NCBI GenBank assembly: GCA_963665115.1
Contig: OY762007.1
Coordinates: 8,224,001-8,288,000 of the forward strand
Reading direction: 5' to 3'
DNA: 64,000 bases
From: an uncultured Rivularia sp.
GTDB lineage: Bacteria > Cyanobacteriota > Cyanobacteriia > Cyanobacteriales > Nostocaceae
Both the position numbers and the translations under genes were made by a program. The notes below the pieces were generated by a model. That model saw only the letters and a list, made by a program, of their open reading frames with translations, was not told the DNA's origin and searched no databases. Positions 21,658 through 31,815 of the stretch are shown one piece after another. The stretch's first letter is position 1. Each line of letters starts with the position of its first letter.

Positions 21658-23154
21658 TTACCTATTACCCATCACCTTCTTCCCAACTTCAGTAAGAAGA
21701 ATCAAAACTGGGATGATTTCTAATCTTCCCATCCACATAAATATAATCAAAATTAGCTTTCCCAACCAAGGTAATTCGGGAGTGGTGATACCAACTGATA
21801 AACCTACACTTCCTAAAGCTGAGGCAGCTTCAAATAATACATCGCTCAAACTGTAGTCTGGTAAATTTAGCTGTAATAAAACAAATACGCCAATAATTAA
21901 TATTACTATCCACAGAAAGCCTAAAATTGCTGCTGCTTCTATCCGACGAGAGGCTTCTGTTTCATTGACAATTTCACCGTCGAGTTTGTAGCGCATTGAG
22001 TCATGAGATTTCAATGAAATTCTGCGGAATCTCCAAACTGCTCCTTTACACAAAAATACCAGTCTATTTAACTTAAATCCACCAACGGTAGAACCCGCAG
22101 TACCACCGACAATCATTGCTAAAGTTAATAATAGTTTAGCGCTGTCACCCCAATCATATAAACTAGTAGTATTAAATCCGCAAGTTCCAAAAGCAGAAGC
22201 CCAGTGAAAAACTGTATCTAACCACAAAGGTGAGCCAAAGGAACTGTAATTTATTAAACCTAAAAACCCAATTCCGCTAACTAATAAAAGCCACAAGGCT
22301 TGATGTTGATTATCGCTCCATAATGCCGATAAACGTCCTTTAGTTAATAATCGATAGTGAACCGGAAAGCTAATAGCTCCGATAATCATAGTTGGGATAA
22401 CAGCCATTTGAATTATCGGAGAATAAGCACCGATACTATCATCTTTAACGCTGAATCCTCCGGTAGACATTCCTGCCATCCCATGATTTAATGCTTCCCA
22501 CCAAGGCATTCCCGCAATTCTAAATATAAAAATACTGCCGACTGTATATAGTAAATAAATCCACCAGATATTTCTTGCTGTAGCTTGTACGTTAGAGGCA
22601 ATTCTTTTATCCCTTCCTTCACTAGAATAAAGCTGATAGGCATCGGTAGTAGGTTCCAAAAGCGATATAACCAAAACAATAACTCCTACACCACCAATCC
22701 ATTCCATAAAACTTCGCCACCACTGCAAACTATGGGGTAATTGACTAGCACGAACTGCAACTGATAAACCAGTGCTAGTAAATCCAGAAAAAGCTTCAAA
22801 TAAGGCATTCCAAGGGTTTTGAAAATTAAGGATAGTTTGAGGTGTTTCCGGAGAAGCTGCCAAATTAGAGGCTATCATAAATAACGGAAATGCCCCAATA
22901 ATCGGTATAATCAACCAACATAAGGCTACAGTAATCATAGCGTGGCGAATTTTACTTTCTTCAGCGCCAGGAGAAAATAAACGGTATAGCAATTGTCCGA
23001 TTATTAAAGGTGCAATTCCGCAGATTAAAAAAGGTAAAATTGCATAATATTCACCCCATAGCAAACAAACAATTATTGAGAATAAAGCCATTATTCCCGG
23101 TACGTGAAGAAATAAACCGATATCGCGAAGAATGGTTTTAGTATAAGGACTCAT
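21658..23154 (-). CDS. trkH: TrkH family potassium uptake protein
   Basis: Pore loops SGFTSTG, MSTGG, FGTCG, LGSVG; GRLEI C-terminal motif. Confidence 0.88.
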   Translation of the reverse strand: MSPYTKTILRDIGLFLHVPGIMALFSIIVCLLWGEYYAILPFLICGIAPLIIGQLLYRLFSPGAEESKIRHAMITVALCWLIIPIIGAFPLFMIASNLAASPETPQTILNFQNPWNALFEAFSGFTSTGLSVAVRASQLPHSLQWWRSFMEWIGGVGVIVLVISLLEPTTDAYQLYSSEGRDKRIASNVQATARNIWWIYLLYTVGSIFIFRIAGMPWWEALNHGMAGMSTGGFSVKDDSIGAYSPIIQMAVIPTMIIGAISFPVHYRLLTKGRLSALWSDNQHQALWLLLVSGIGFLGLINYSSFGSPLWLDTVFHWASAFGTCGFNTTSLYDWGDSAKLLLTLAMIVGGTAGSTVGGFKLNRLVFLCKGAVWRFRRISLKSHDSMRYKLDGEIVNETEASRRIEAAAILGFLWIVILIIGVFVLLQLNLPDYSLSDVLFEAASALGSVGLSVGITTPELPWLGKLILIIFMWMGRLEIIPVLILLTEVGKKVMGNR

Positions 23155-23372
23155 TTAACTATTAGTAGTTAGCAGTTAGCAGTTAGCAGTTATCCGTCTG
23201 AGAATACTTATATAAATTGATATGACAATATTAAGCTTGATTTCTATTTACTGAAACCAACTAAAGATTAAAATGTACTTTTTTAAATCTATCTTAAGAC
23301 TTAATATTGGGAGTTAGGAATTAGGAGTTATAAATTTAAAAATATTAATTGCTCGCTGCTCACTGCTCACTG

Positions 23373-23870
23373 TTAAATGTCTTCATACATTTGTCTGTGT
23401 TTGACTAAAAGCTGTATATATTTTTCGTTGTTTTTCGCTTGCTGCCATTTTTCTTTAAATATTGCTGCCGATTCTGCTTTTACGGGATCGACTTCATTCG
23501 GTAAAATCTCTTGACGTAATTTTGTTTCTTCTTCTTTTGAACTAGCTTTTTGCGGATTGCTGCGATATTTCTTACCGCTTTTATGATTAGCATATCGACG
23601 CGCACGGGTATAGCCCATTTGTAAAAACTTTCGTGCCATATCCGCACCGATGAAATCATCCTGACTCAGATAATCTAAAAATAATTGATAAATTTTATCG
23701 CTCGATTCTTTAGCAATATCCGGCGTTTTAAACCGCCAATAAGGTAAAACTTCTGATTTATACGGCTCTACCATTAATACTCCCTGTTCTCCTTTTCCTA
23801 CGACATAAAGTTCGGGAGACTGACGAAAATCTATATTTTTATAATCCAATGAATAATCAAACTTTTTCAC
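23373..23870 (-). CDS. DUF4385 domain protein
   Basis: GKGEQGVLMVEPYKSE...DMARKFLQMGYTRARRYANHKSG. Confidence 0.8.
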   Translation of the reverse strand: MKKFDYSLDYKNIDFRQSPELYVVGKGEQGVLMVEPYKSEVLPYWRFKTPDIAKESSDKIYQLFLDYLSQDDFIGADMARKFLQMGYTRARRYANHKSGKKYRSNPQKASSKEEETKLRQEILPNEVDPVKAESAAIFKEKWQQAKNNEKYIQLLVKHRQMYEDI

Positions 23871-24048
23871 GATTAGAAGTAGGAGCGATGAGTTAGGAGT
23901 TATAAATTCAAAACTATTAACTGAAAAAGGGAAAAGGCATAGATTACCTTCTCCCCTGCCATAGTTACCTATAGTTTACGTAGCAATGGATTTTAGATTG
24001 AACAAGATTTCCTCGTTAAGGTTAAAGAAAATCCAAAATCGAATTTAC

Positions 24049-24742
24049 TTATACTTTCTCTTTCATTGGATCTGCGATGTAGCGGAAGTTCTCATCAGAG
24101 TTCCAAGGGGCCGCGCTCATCTTTTGCACCGTCACTAGACAAGTTGTAATAAAGGTCTACAGTAGAATCAGGTTGGATATTACCGAAGAATGGATCGGTC
24201 AATTTACCCATAGAATCCAAGGCTTTCATAAACATCTTGGTGTGGGAGATTTCCCGAGTCAACAGGTGTACTAAAGTTTGTTTGGTACCTTGATCTGGTG
24301 CTAACTCAATCAATGATTCGTAAGTAGTACGCGCACCTGCTTCTGCTGCGATGTTTGCACGTAAATCGCGCACCATGCTACCACCTTCATTCAAGTAAGT
24401 TGCAGTCCAAGCAGAACCTTGTGAATCTAAGAAGTGTGGCCCTTTACCGCGTACTGCAAATAAAGTACTTTTGAATGCATCGGTTTGGTCTACATTATCG
24501 GTATGCATTTCGATCAGCTTACCAATCATTTCTAAGTGGCTAAACTCTTCGGTGGCAATATCTTGCAGCATATCTTTGATACCTGCATCTTCGGTGTGGA
24601 AAGACTGCACCCAGTATTGTAAAGCGGCGGAAAGTTCTCCAGTTGCACCACCAAATTGCTCTAGTAAAAGTTGAGCAAAACGGGGATCGGGTGCGTCAAT
24701 CTTTACTTCTTTTTCGATTAATTCTTTCTTATGGAAAAACAT
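24049..24742 (-). CDS. Manganese catalase family protein, +1 frameshift near 3' end (~24107-24110)
   Basis: EQFGGATGE, EEFSH, REISH Mn ligands; removing one C of GGCCCC gives RGPWNSDENFRYIADPMKEKV*. Confidence 0.9.
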
Positions 24743-25114
24743 TAAATATGTTCCCTCTCTTTTTCGGACAGCATTAATAAGATTTGATTCAGCTATTTAA
24801 ACAAAACTGAAGAACCATTTCTTTTTCTCTTCTCTATTCACGATATTAGGCGATACTGCCTTCATAAAACCTTTATCGCTGGGTAGATAATGAGATTAAA
24901 TTTTTTATATACAAAGAAGTAGAGATAAGCTAAACAGAAGGATGATTCAATAAAATTTTAGTTAGAGCAGCAAGCTTTTTTTTTGGTTTATTTTTGATAA
25001 TTCGTAGTAAAATTACATCTCCAGCTAGATTTATTTATTTTAATTATTGTCCAAAATTAATAAATATCGAATAACATTCGTAAGTCCCATATTACCAAGC
25101 CACCGCAGTTTACT

Positions 25115-26095
25115 ATGAGTCGTAGAAAAGCTTGTCTAATTTTCAACCCTGTTGCTGGTAACACTGACTCCGAGCAAGAATTAGAGAGAGTAAAAGAACT
25201 TTTATCTCCTCAATTCGAGTTAGATATTCAATTTACTACAGAAGAAGTTGGGGCATATAAATTAGCTGAGGAAGCTGTAAAAGAAGATTTTGAAATTATT
25301 ATTGCTGCTGGTGGTGATGGTACGCTTTCCGAAGCGGCTAGAGCTTTGGGGGAGACAACTATTCCTTTGGGGGTAATTCCTAGAGGTACTGCTAATGCTT
25401 TTGCTTCTGCTTTGGGAATTCCCGATACTTTAGATGAAGCTTGCGAAACTATTTTATCTGGCAAAACTCGTCGGATTGATATTGGTAGATGCAACGGTAA
25501 ATTAATGATGTTGTTAGCTGGAATCGGTTTTGAAGCGGAAACTATAGAAAATGCTTCCCGAGAGGCAAAACAACGCTGGGGTGCTTTGGCTTACTTGGTT
25601 TCGGGAATACAGCAACTGCGGGAAATCGAACTATTTGATGCTGAAATTGAAACCGATGACAAAATTATTAAGGTTTCTGCTGGTGCTTTAACCGTAGCAA
25701 ATGCAGCACCACCAACATCGATATTAGCTCAGGGTCCTGCTGGTATCCTTTATGACGATGGCTTGCTTGATATTACTATCATTTCATCTAATACTTGGGC
25801 TTCCGCGATCGCAGCTTCCTATCACCTGCTACAGTCGGGTTTGCGAGGAGATGCAGCCAAACGCGATGACATTGGTTACATCAGAACTAAGCGCGTAAAA
25901 ATCACCACAGATCCACCACAGAAAATAGTTTTAGATGGCGAAATGATTGGTAATACACCTTTGGAAGTAGATTGCGTTCCCGGTGGTTTAACCGTGATGG
26001 TACCCATGTTACCTGCGGAGAAAATATCTGAAAAATTGGAAGGTTTACCAGATTTAGAAATTGAAGAAAAATCATCGAAAGTTGCAAATGAGTAG
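25115..26095 (+). CDS. YegS/Rv2252/BmrU family lipid kinase
   Basis: FNPVAG, GGDGT, PRGTANAF, LDGE. Confidence 0.9.
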   Translation: MSRRKACLIFNPVAGNTDSEQELERVKELLSPQFELDIQFTTEEVGAYKLAEEAVKEDFEIIIAAGGDGTLSEAARALGETTIPLGVIPRGTANAFASALGIPDTLDEACETILSGKTRRIDIGRCNGKLMMLLAGIGFEAETIENASREAKQRWGALAYLVSGIQQLREIELFDAEIETDDKIIKVSAGALTVANAAPPTSILAQGPAGILYDDGLLDITIISSNTWASAIAASYHLLQSGLRGDAAKRDDIGYIRTKRVKITTDPPQKIVLDGEMIGNTPLEVDCVPGGLTVMVPMLPAEKISEKLEGLPDLEIEEKSSKVANE

Positions 26096-26296
26096 TCGGA
26101 AGAATAGTTAGAGCCAGCAGAAAAAGTAAATCTAATTAGATTGATTTGAATTTGAGTTCAGAAAGTTAAATGAAGTGTTCAAGTTCAAATCTTTATATAT
26201 TTTTTTACTTATAAAATCTATTAACTATTGATAACTTAAAAAAAATATTGTCAGAGCTTTTTCTATAAAATCATATAATACTTTCTAGAGAATAAA

Positions 26297-26380
26297 CATA
26301 TCTTGAGTCAGATTAAAATCTCATACTTAAGAAATATTTACGATCAATTTTATATTAATCTAAATCATCTTGTAGAGAGA
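26297..26380 (+). promoter_or_regulatory. Three palindromic boxes upstream of the Rieske oxidoreductase
   Basis: CATATCT-TG-AGTCAGA (26297), TCATACT-TA-AGAAATA (26321), TCATCTT-GT-AGAGAGA (26365). Confidence 0.45.
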
Positions 26381-26548
26381 GTCATAAAGTTACAAATATT
26401 TTAATAATTAAGCAGCGTGCAATAATTAATCTGTTCAAAACGGGTTGTGCTAGCAATAATCTATGTTAGTTTCTCAAAAATGAGTCTATTAATTTCTAAT
26501 AGTAGCAACGAATCAGAAAATATAGAGGTATAAATAATTACAATTATT

Positions 26549-28151
26549 ATGAATTATAAAGATATAAGAGTAGCAAATGTAAAAGACTTGAGAAACGGCG
26601 AAATGCGTCAAATCTCTGTGGAAGATAATGAGATTTTACTTGTGCGAGTAGAAGATGAATTTTTTGCCACAGCAGCACATTGTACCCATTACGGCGCACC
26701 TTTAGAAAAAGGCGTATTGAATGGAGAAAAAGTAGTTTGTCCCTGGCATAATGCTTGTTTTGGGATTAAAAGCGGTAAATTAGAAGAGCCACCCGCGCTT
26801 GATGCTTTACCTCGTTTTTCTGTCAGAGTAGAGGGAGAAGATTTAATCGTACAGCTACCTGAAGAAATCCCTGCTCAACGCATACCAGAAATGGCGAAAT
26901 ATAATCCCCAAGCGGATAATCGCACGTTTGCGATTTTGGGGGCTGGTGCTGCGGGAAGTGCTGCGGCTGAAACTTTGCGTCAGGCGGGTTTTACAGGCAG
27001 AGTTGTGATGTTGACTAATGAAGATATATTACCTTATGACCGTACTGCTCTAAGTAAAAAGTATTTGCAAAACGATTCAGCAAAAGATTCTTTAGTATTA
27101 CGCTCTTTAGAGTTTTATAATGAATGGGATATTGAAGTTTATTCTCACAAATCGGTAACAAAGGTAGAAGCAGCAAAGAAGACTATTACTTTTGAAGATA
27201 ATACGACTTTAGAATACGATGCTTTATTAGTTGCGACTGGCTGTAAAGCACGTAATTTAAAAGTACCTGGTGCAGATTTAGATCGTATATTTACCTTACG
27301 ACAGCCAGAAGATGCCGATAAAATTATAGCTGCTGCCGAAAATGCTAAAACTGCTGTAGTCGTAGGTTCCAACTTTATTGGTATGGAAGCGGCTTCAAGT
27401 TTGACTCAGCGCGGTATTAAAGTAACTGTAGTCGCACCGGGAAACGGTACCTTTTGAGAAGATTCTCGGAGGTGATATAGGTGCCATGTTTCGCAAACTG
27501 CACGAAGCAAATGGTGTATCTTTCCGGATGGGAACCAAGGTAAAGCAGTTTGAGGGTAATGGTAAAGTTGAAACTGCGATATTAGAAAATGGCGAAAGTT
27601 TGAATGCAGATTTAGTAATAGTTGGTATTGGTGTTGAACCCGTTACCGAGTTTTTGCAGGGAGTAAAGTTAAATGACAAGGATAATAGCATAAATGTAGA
27701 TGAATATTTGCAAGCAGCAGATAATACATATGTAGCTGGAGATATTGCTCGTTTTCCTTACGCTGCAACGGGAAAACCCACTCGCATCGAACATTGGCGG
27801 TTAGCGCAACAGCATGGGCGTATTGCAGCTCGTAATATGATTGGAGAGAAAATCAAATTTGCCAGCGTTCCTTTTTTCTGGTCGGGGCAATTCGATGTAA
27901 AATTACGTTATGCCGGACATGCTGAAAATTGGGATGATATTATCATTCAGGGTAATTTAGACGAGCAAGAATTTCTCGCTTTTTACGTTAAGGATAATCA
28001 AGTTTTAGCTGTAGCTGGCAGTCAGCATGATAAAGATATTGCTGCTATTACCGAATTAATGCGTTTAAGTCAAATGCCTCAAGGTGATGAGGTGCGTAAA
28101 AGTAAGATTAATTGGGTTGAGAAAATGAATTCTCAGCAATTGGTTGCTTAG
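26549..28151 (+). CDS. Rieske [2Fe-2S] + FAD-dependent oxidoreductase (AIF-like), +1 frameshift at ~27442-27444
   Basis: CTHYG and CPWH Rieske motifs, GAGAAG, GDIA, PFFWS; deleting one A of GGGAAAC restores APGTVPFEKILG. Confidence 0.88.
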
Positions 28152-28220
28152 GAATTGGGGATTGGGCACGGGGCATTGAATTAATATTTAGTTTCAATGC
28201 CCGATTATCAATTCAAATAT

Positions 28221-29066
28221 CTAATTCCCCTTTTGTAACTGCGTTTCTAATTCCCGTACTCGCTCAACAGGTAACTCAGTTATTTCTGCAACTACTTCTA
28301 CACTCATTCCTTTCCGCAGCGAATTCATTGCGATTTTTTCAGCTTTTTCTATTGCCCAACTAGTTACAATTTCCATATATCCCTCTTGCTCATCATCGGT
28401 TAATCCCATTGTATCGATAGTGGTTTGAAATACTTCTGTCTCTTGAGCATTCAATCGTAAATAAGTATCCACAAACCCAGAAATTAATTGCATTCGCGCC
28501 GGATCTAATTGTAAAGTGAGTAATAATCTCAAACATTCAGCTTTTACTCGTGGACGTTCAGAAGGTGCAATATTCATCTTGCTCATCAAAGCCGCTGCAA
28601 CTGGGTTTTTTTGGGTTAAATAATCTCTCCAACTCAATTGATTTAACTGAATTGCCGCAAAGTTGAATTGCAATACATCTAAAGTCGGAAAAGTAACGCT
28701 GTAATTGCAAGGCTCTGGGCGCTTTGGCTCATCAAAGGAAAATATTACAATTGGATAAACGGGTAAATCGTAATTTTCATGCAGTCGCGCAAAATACTGA
28801 AACATCCGCTTTGTCAAAATAGACTGAGTATAAGATTGCGCTTCAACGTGAATTAAAAAGAAAGTGTCTTCTTGTCGATATTTCACTTTTGCGAGTAAAT
28901 CAATTGCCTTTTTCTCTCCGGAAGTCACATCTGTCAAAACTTCTTGTGGTAAAAATTGAATCGTATCTCGATCGATATCTTTTAGAACATCTGGCAAAAA
29001 TAAATCAAGGAATTCGACAAAAAAAGTTGAAATTAATTCTTTAAATAATCGATCGTGGTCAACCAT
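28221..29066 (-). CDS. Rpn family PD-(D/E)XK nuclease / putative transposase
   Basis: DHDRLFKELIS, DLLAK, HVEAQ, RMFQYF; C-terminal HTH-like GMSVEVVAEITEL. Confidence 0.8.
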   Translation of the reverse strand: MVDHDRLFKELISTFFVEFLDLFLPDVLKDIDRDTIQFLPQEVLTDVTSGEKKAIDLLAKVKYRQEDTFFLIHVEAQSYTQSILTKRMFQYFARLHENYDLPVYPIVIFSFDEPKRPEPCNYSVTFPTLDVLQFNFAAIQLNQLSWRDYLTQKNPVAAALMSKMNIAPSERPRVKAECLRLLLTLQLDPARMQLISGFVDTYLRLNAQETEVFQTTIDTMGLTDDEQEGYMEIVTSWAIEKAEKIAMNSLRKGMSVEVVAEITELPVERVRELETQLQKGN

Positions 29067-29300
29067 TATACACCCACCATTTAAAGTAGCTTTTATATAT
29101 TCACATAAAATTATTTTTGTACCTATTTAATATTTATTGCTATAAAAAAGTTAATATAAATTACTAAATATTAACCTTAAAATAACTTGATAATTTATCT
29201 CGCCAGACTAACAATTCTATATCGCCAGATGGATTATTTAAGTAATTTAAACAAACTAATATTTAGAATACGGTAATATAATTATTAAAGGATATTATTA

Positions 29301-30302
29301 ATGAATACCTTGCGACACTTTCCGATTATAGGCACATCAATAATAACAATCAGTTTAGCAATAAGTGCAGCAATTCCATTAGTAACTAATGCTCAATCTT
29401 CTTCTCCTCAATCAACATTTCCCGATGTAGCACCTGATTACTGGGCGCAACCGTTCATTAAAGGTTTAGCAGAAAGAAAAATTATAACCGGATATCCCGA
29501 CGGTAGATACAGACCAAAACAGGCGTTAGATAGAGATGAATTCGCTGCTATAATTCGTAAAGCTTTTGACCAAGATAAAGATAAACAAATTACAAGCGGT
29601 TCTGTATATAAAGATGTTCCCCAAGGTTATTGGGCAAGTCAAGCAATTGAGGAAGCCGTAGAAGAAGGGTTTTTATCCGGCAATGAAAATCAATTCCGTC
29701 CCCGTCAGGAAGTTAGTAAGTTAGAAGCAATTAATGCTTTAATGAGAGGTTTAGATTTAAGTTATCAAGCAAATCCTGTAAAAACTTCCGCGATTACTCC
29801 AAACACTCCTACAATTATTCCTCCATATATTAGAAGAAGAGTAGCGAATAGAAAAAGAAAGCGTTTGATGTTGCCAATCGGGATTACTTCTTTGATGCAG
29901 CCTTTACTTATTAAAAGAGCTAATGCTGCCAGAATGCCCAAACCGATGAATAATAACGTCGGAAATAATGCAGCAGGGGTTAATAATTCAACTGCGAATA
30001 ATTCTAAAGACACTACAATTACAGCGACAGCACCATTAACAGCAACATCTATAGTTCAACAAGCTTACAAAGATGCCGATAAAATTCCTGAAAGTGCCGT
30101 TCCTAGAGTAGCAGCAGCAACTACCAAAAATATCGTTGTTAACTATCCTAACAGCAAAATTCTGAATCCCAATCGGGCAATAAGTAGGGGAGAAACAGCA
30201 GCTTTAGTTTATCAAACAATGGCTGCTCAAGGAAAAGTACCTCAAATTGAAAATGATGCGGTGGCGAATAAATTTATTGTGAAAGTTGAGGAAAATAAGT
30301 AA
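29301..30302 (+). CDS. S-layer homology (SLH) domain protein
   Basis: Signal peptide; FPDVAPDYWA...GYPDGRYRP; YKDVPQGYWA; ISRGETAA. Confidence 0.88.
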   Translation: MNTLRHFPIIGTSIITISLAISAAIPLVTNAQSSSPQSTFPDVAPDYWAQPFIKGLAERKIITGYPDGRYRPKQALDRDEFAAIIRKAFDQDKDKQITSGSVYKDVPQGYWASQAIEEAVEEGFLSGNENQFRPRQEVSKLEAINALMRGLDLSYQANPVKTSAITPNTPTIIPPYIRRRVANRKRKRLMLPIGITSLMQPLLIKRANAARMPKPMNNNVGNNAAGVNNSTANNSKDTTITATAPLTATSIVQQAYKDADKIPESAVPRVAAATTKNIVVNYPNSKILNPNRAISRGETAALVYQTMAAQGKVPQIENDAVANKFIVKVEENK

Positions 30303-30369
30303 TTTTGGTTATTGGTAATTATCAATTATCAAATTTAGTACTCCGCCACATAAGTTCTAAGGGGTAAAA

Positions 30370-30509
30370 GTAGTGCGTTAGCGCAGCGTGTCCGCGAGGG
30401 ACATACATCTTGCTCGCTAGCTACTACGAGGGAGCATCTTGCTCGCTGGCTATTACGAGGGAGCATCTTGCTCGCTGGTTGTAACGAGGGAGCGAGACGC
30501 TCCCACTAC
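30370..30509. repeat. REP-like palindromic element (GTAGTGCGAGCATCTTGCTCGC family) with three 29-bp tandem units
   Basis: Related copies at 46572-46648, 48988-49070, 54078-54101. Confidence 0.75.
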
Positions 30510-30751
30510 GAATAATCTACCCCTCAGAATTAATGTGGTGAAGTACTACTGCTTTCCTGGCAAAAGATTACCGATAAAAAAAACCGCAGAGTACGCAGAG
30601 TACGCAGAGGAAAGAGAGAGAGATAATTATAGAGCGAGTTGGAAGTAATATTTAGATAGGATTGCGACAGGAAAATTGTCAAAATTAAAAGTTAGAAGTT
30701 TTTAATTCCTAACTCCTAACTTCTAATTGTTAATTCTTAATTCCGAACTTC

Positions 30752-31399
30752 TTAATTAATCGCAAAAGGACCTTTCTTATCATTAATCATTGCTTGCCAA
30801 GTGGTACTACCAACGATTCCATCTGCTCTTAATTTAGCTCGATTCTGCTGAAAAGATTTTACCGCAGAAGCAGTAGCACGTCCGTAGATTCCATCAACTT
30901 GCCCAACGTAAAATCCTTGCTGCTTAAGGTATGTTTGTACATCTCTTACGGCTTGCCCTCGACTACCAACCTTTAACATGGGTGCAGTTGCAGGTGAATA
31001 TTTGCCCAAGTATGCAAAACGAGTGGGTGATGTACGTTTATCTAAATCTATTAGTGCTTCCCAAGTTTTGGAATTTACAACACCAGTTGCAGGTAAATTT
31101 CTAGACCTTTGAAAACTTACTACGGATGAATACATTCTAGGACCGTATATTCCATCCATTTTGCCGTAGTAGAATTTATTTTGATTTAATAACAACTGTA
31201 CATCTTTAACGGCTTGCGATCTACTACCGCGTCTTAATACTGGTGCAGAAGCTGGTTGATATTCAGTCATGTTACCATCAGCAACCGCTACGATTCTTCG
31301 TTGTGCTGTTGCAGTTCCAGCAAAAGGTACGGTAGTTAAGGCTATAGCGGATACTATTCCTAAAGGTAATAGAACTATTTTTGTAAATTGGTTACTCAT
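30752..31399 (-). CDS. Secreted peptidoglycan-binding domain protein (2 x PG_binding_1)
   Basis: LRRGSRSQAVKDVQ...DGIYG and LKVGSRGQAVRDVQ...DGIVG; AAGGAG RBS before ATG 31399. Confidence 0.88.
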   Translation of the reverse strand: MSNQFTKIVLLPLGIVSAIALTTVPFAGTATAQRRIVAVADGNMTEYQPASAPVLRRGSRSQAVKDVQLLLNQNKFYYGKMDGIYGPRMYSSVVSFQRSRNLPATGVVNSKTWEALIDLDKRTSPTRFAYLGKYSPATAPMLKVGSRGQAVRDVQTYLKQQGFYVGQVDGIYGRATASAVKSFQQNRAKLRADGIVGSTTWQAMINDKKGPFAIN

Positions 31400-31815
31400 T
31401 TGTGTCTCCTTTCTTCTGATAAAAACTTTTTTTCTTAAATTATTTAAGTGCAAAATGGTTACTTGTAATTTCAGCAATAAATAGAAGTTTATAGAATATA
31501 TCTCTATTTATCTAATTTTTTCTCACGATCAAAATTAATTAAGATAATCTTTACTCTTTTTAACAGTTGCTTGAAAAAAATTTAATTTTGTTTTTTTTTG
31601 AGACTGAACTTTTTTAACTTGATTATATAGTAGAACAAAACAAACTTATACCGTATAGGTCGTCAGTTATAATTATTATTCTTCCAATTCAGTCTAAAGA
31701 AATAATTGTATGATTATTAACTTGATATATGGATATTAATTAGGAAATAATTAAAAACCCGATATTGTTTAACAATACCGGGAATAATCTCTAAAATATA
31801 ATTCAGATTTCGACC

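Noticed and set aside
30405..30500. Possible mini-CRISPR (repeated GAGCATCTTGCTCGCT)
   Set aside because: 29-bp tandem units with no unique spacers and no cas genes; belongs to a dispersed REP-like family
30439..30648. 69-aa ORF
   Set aside because: Built from REP-like and short tandem repeats, with a TTG start
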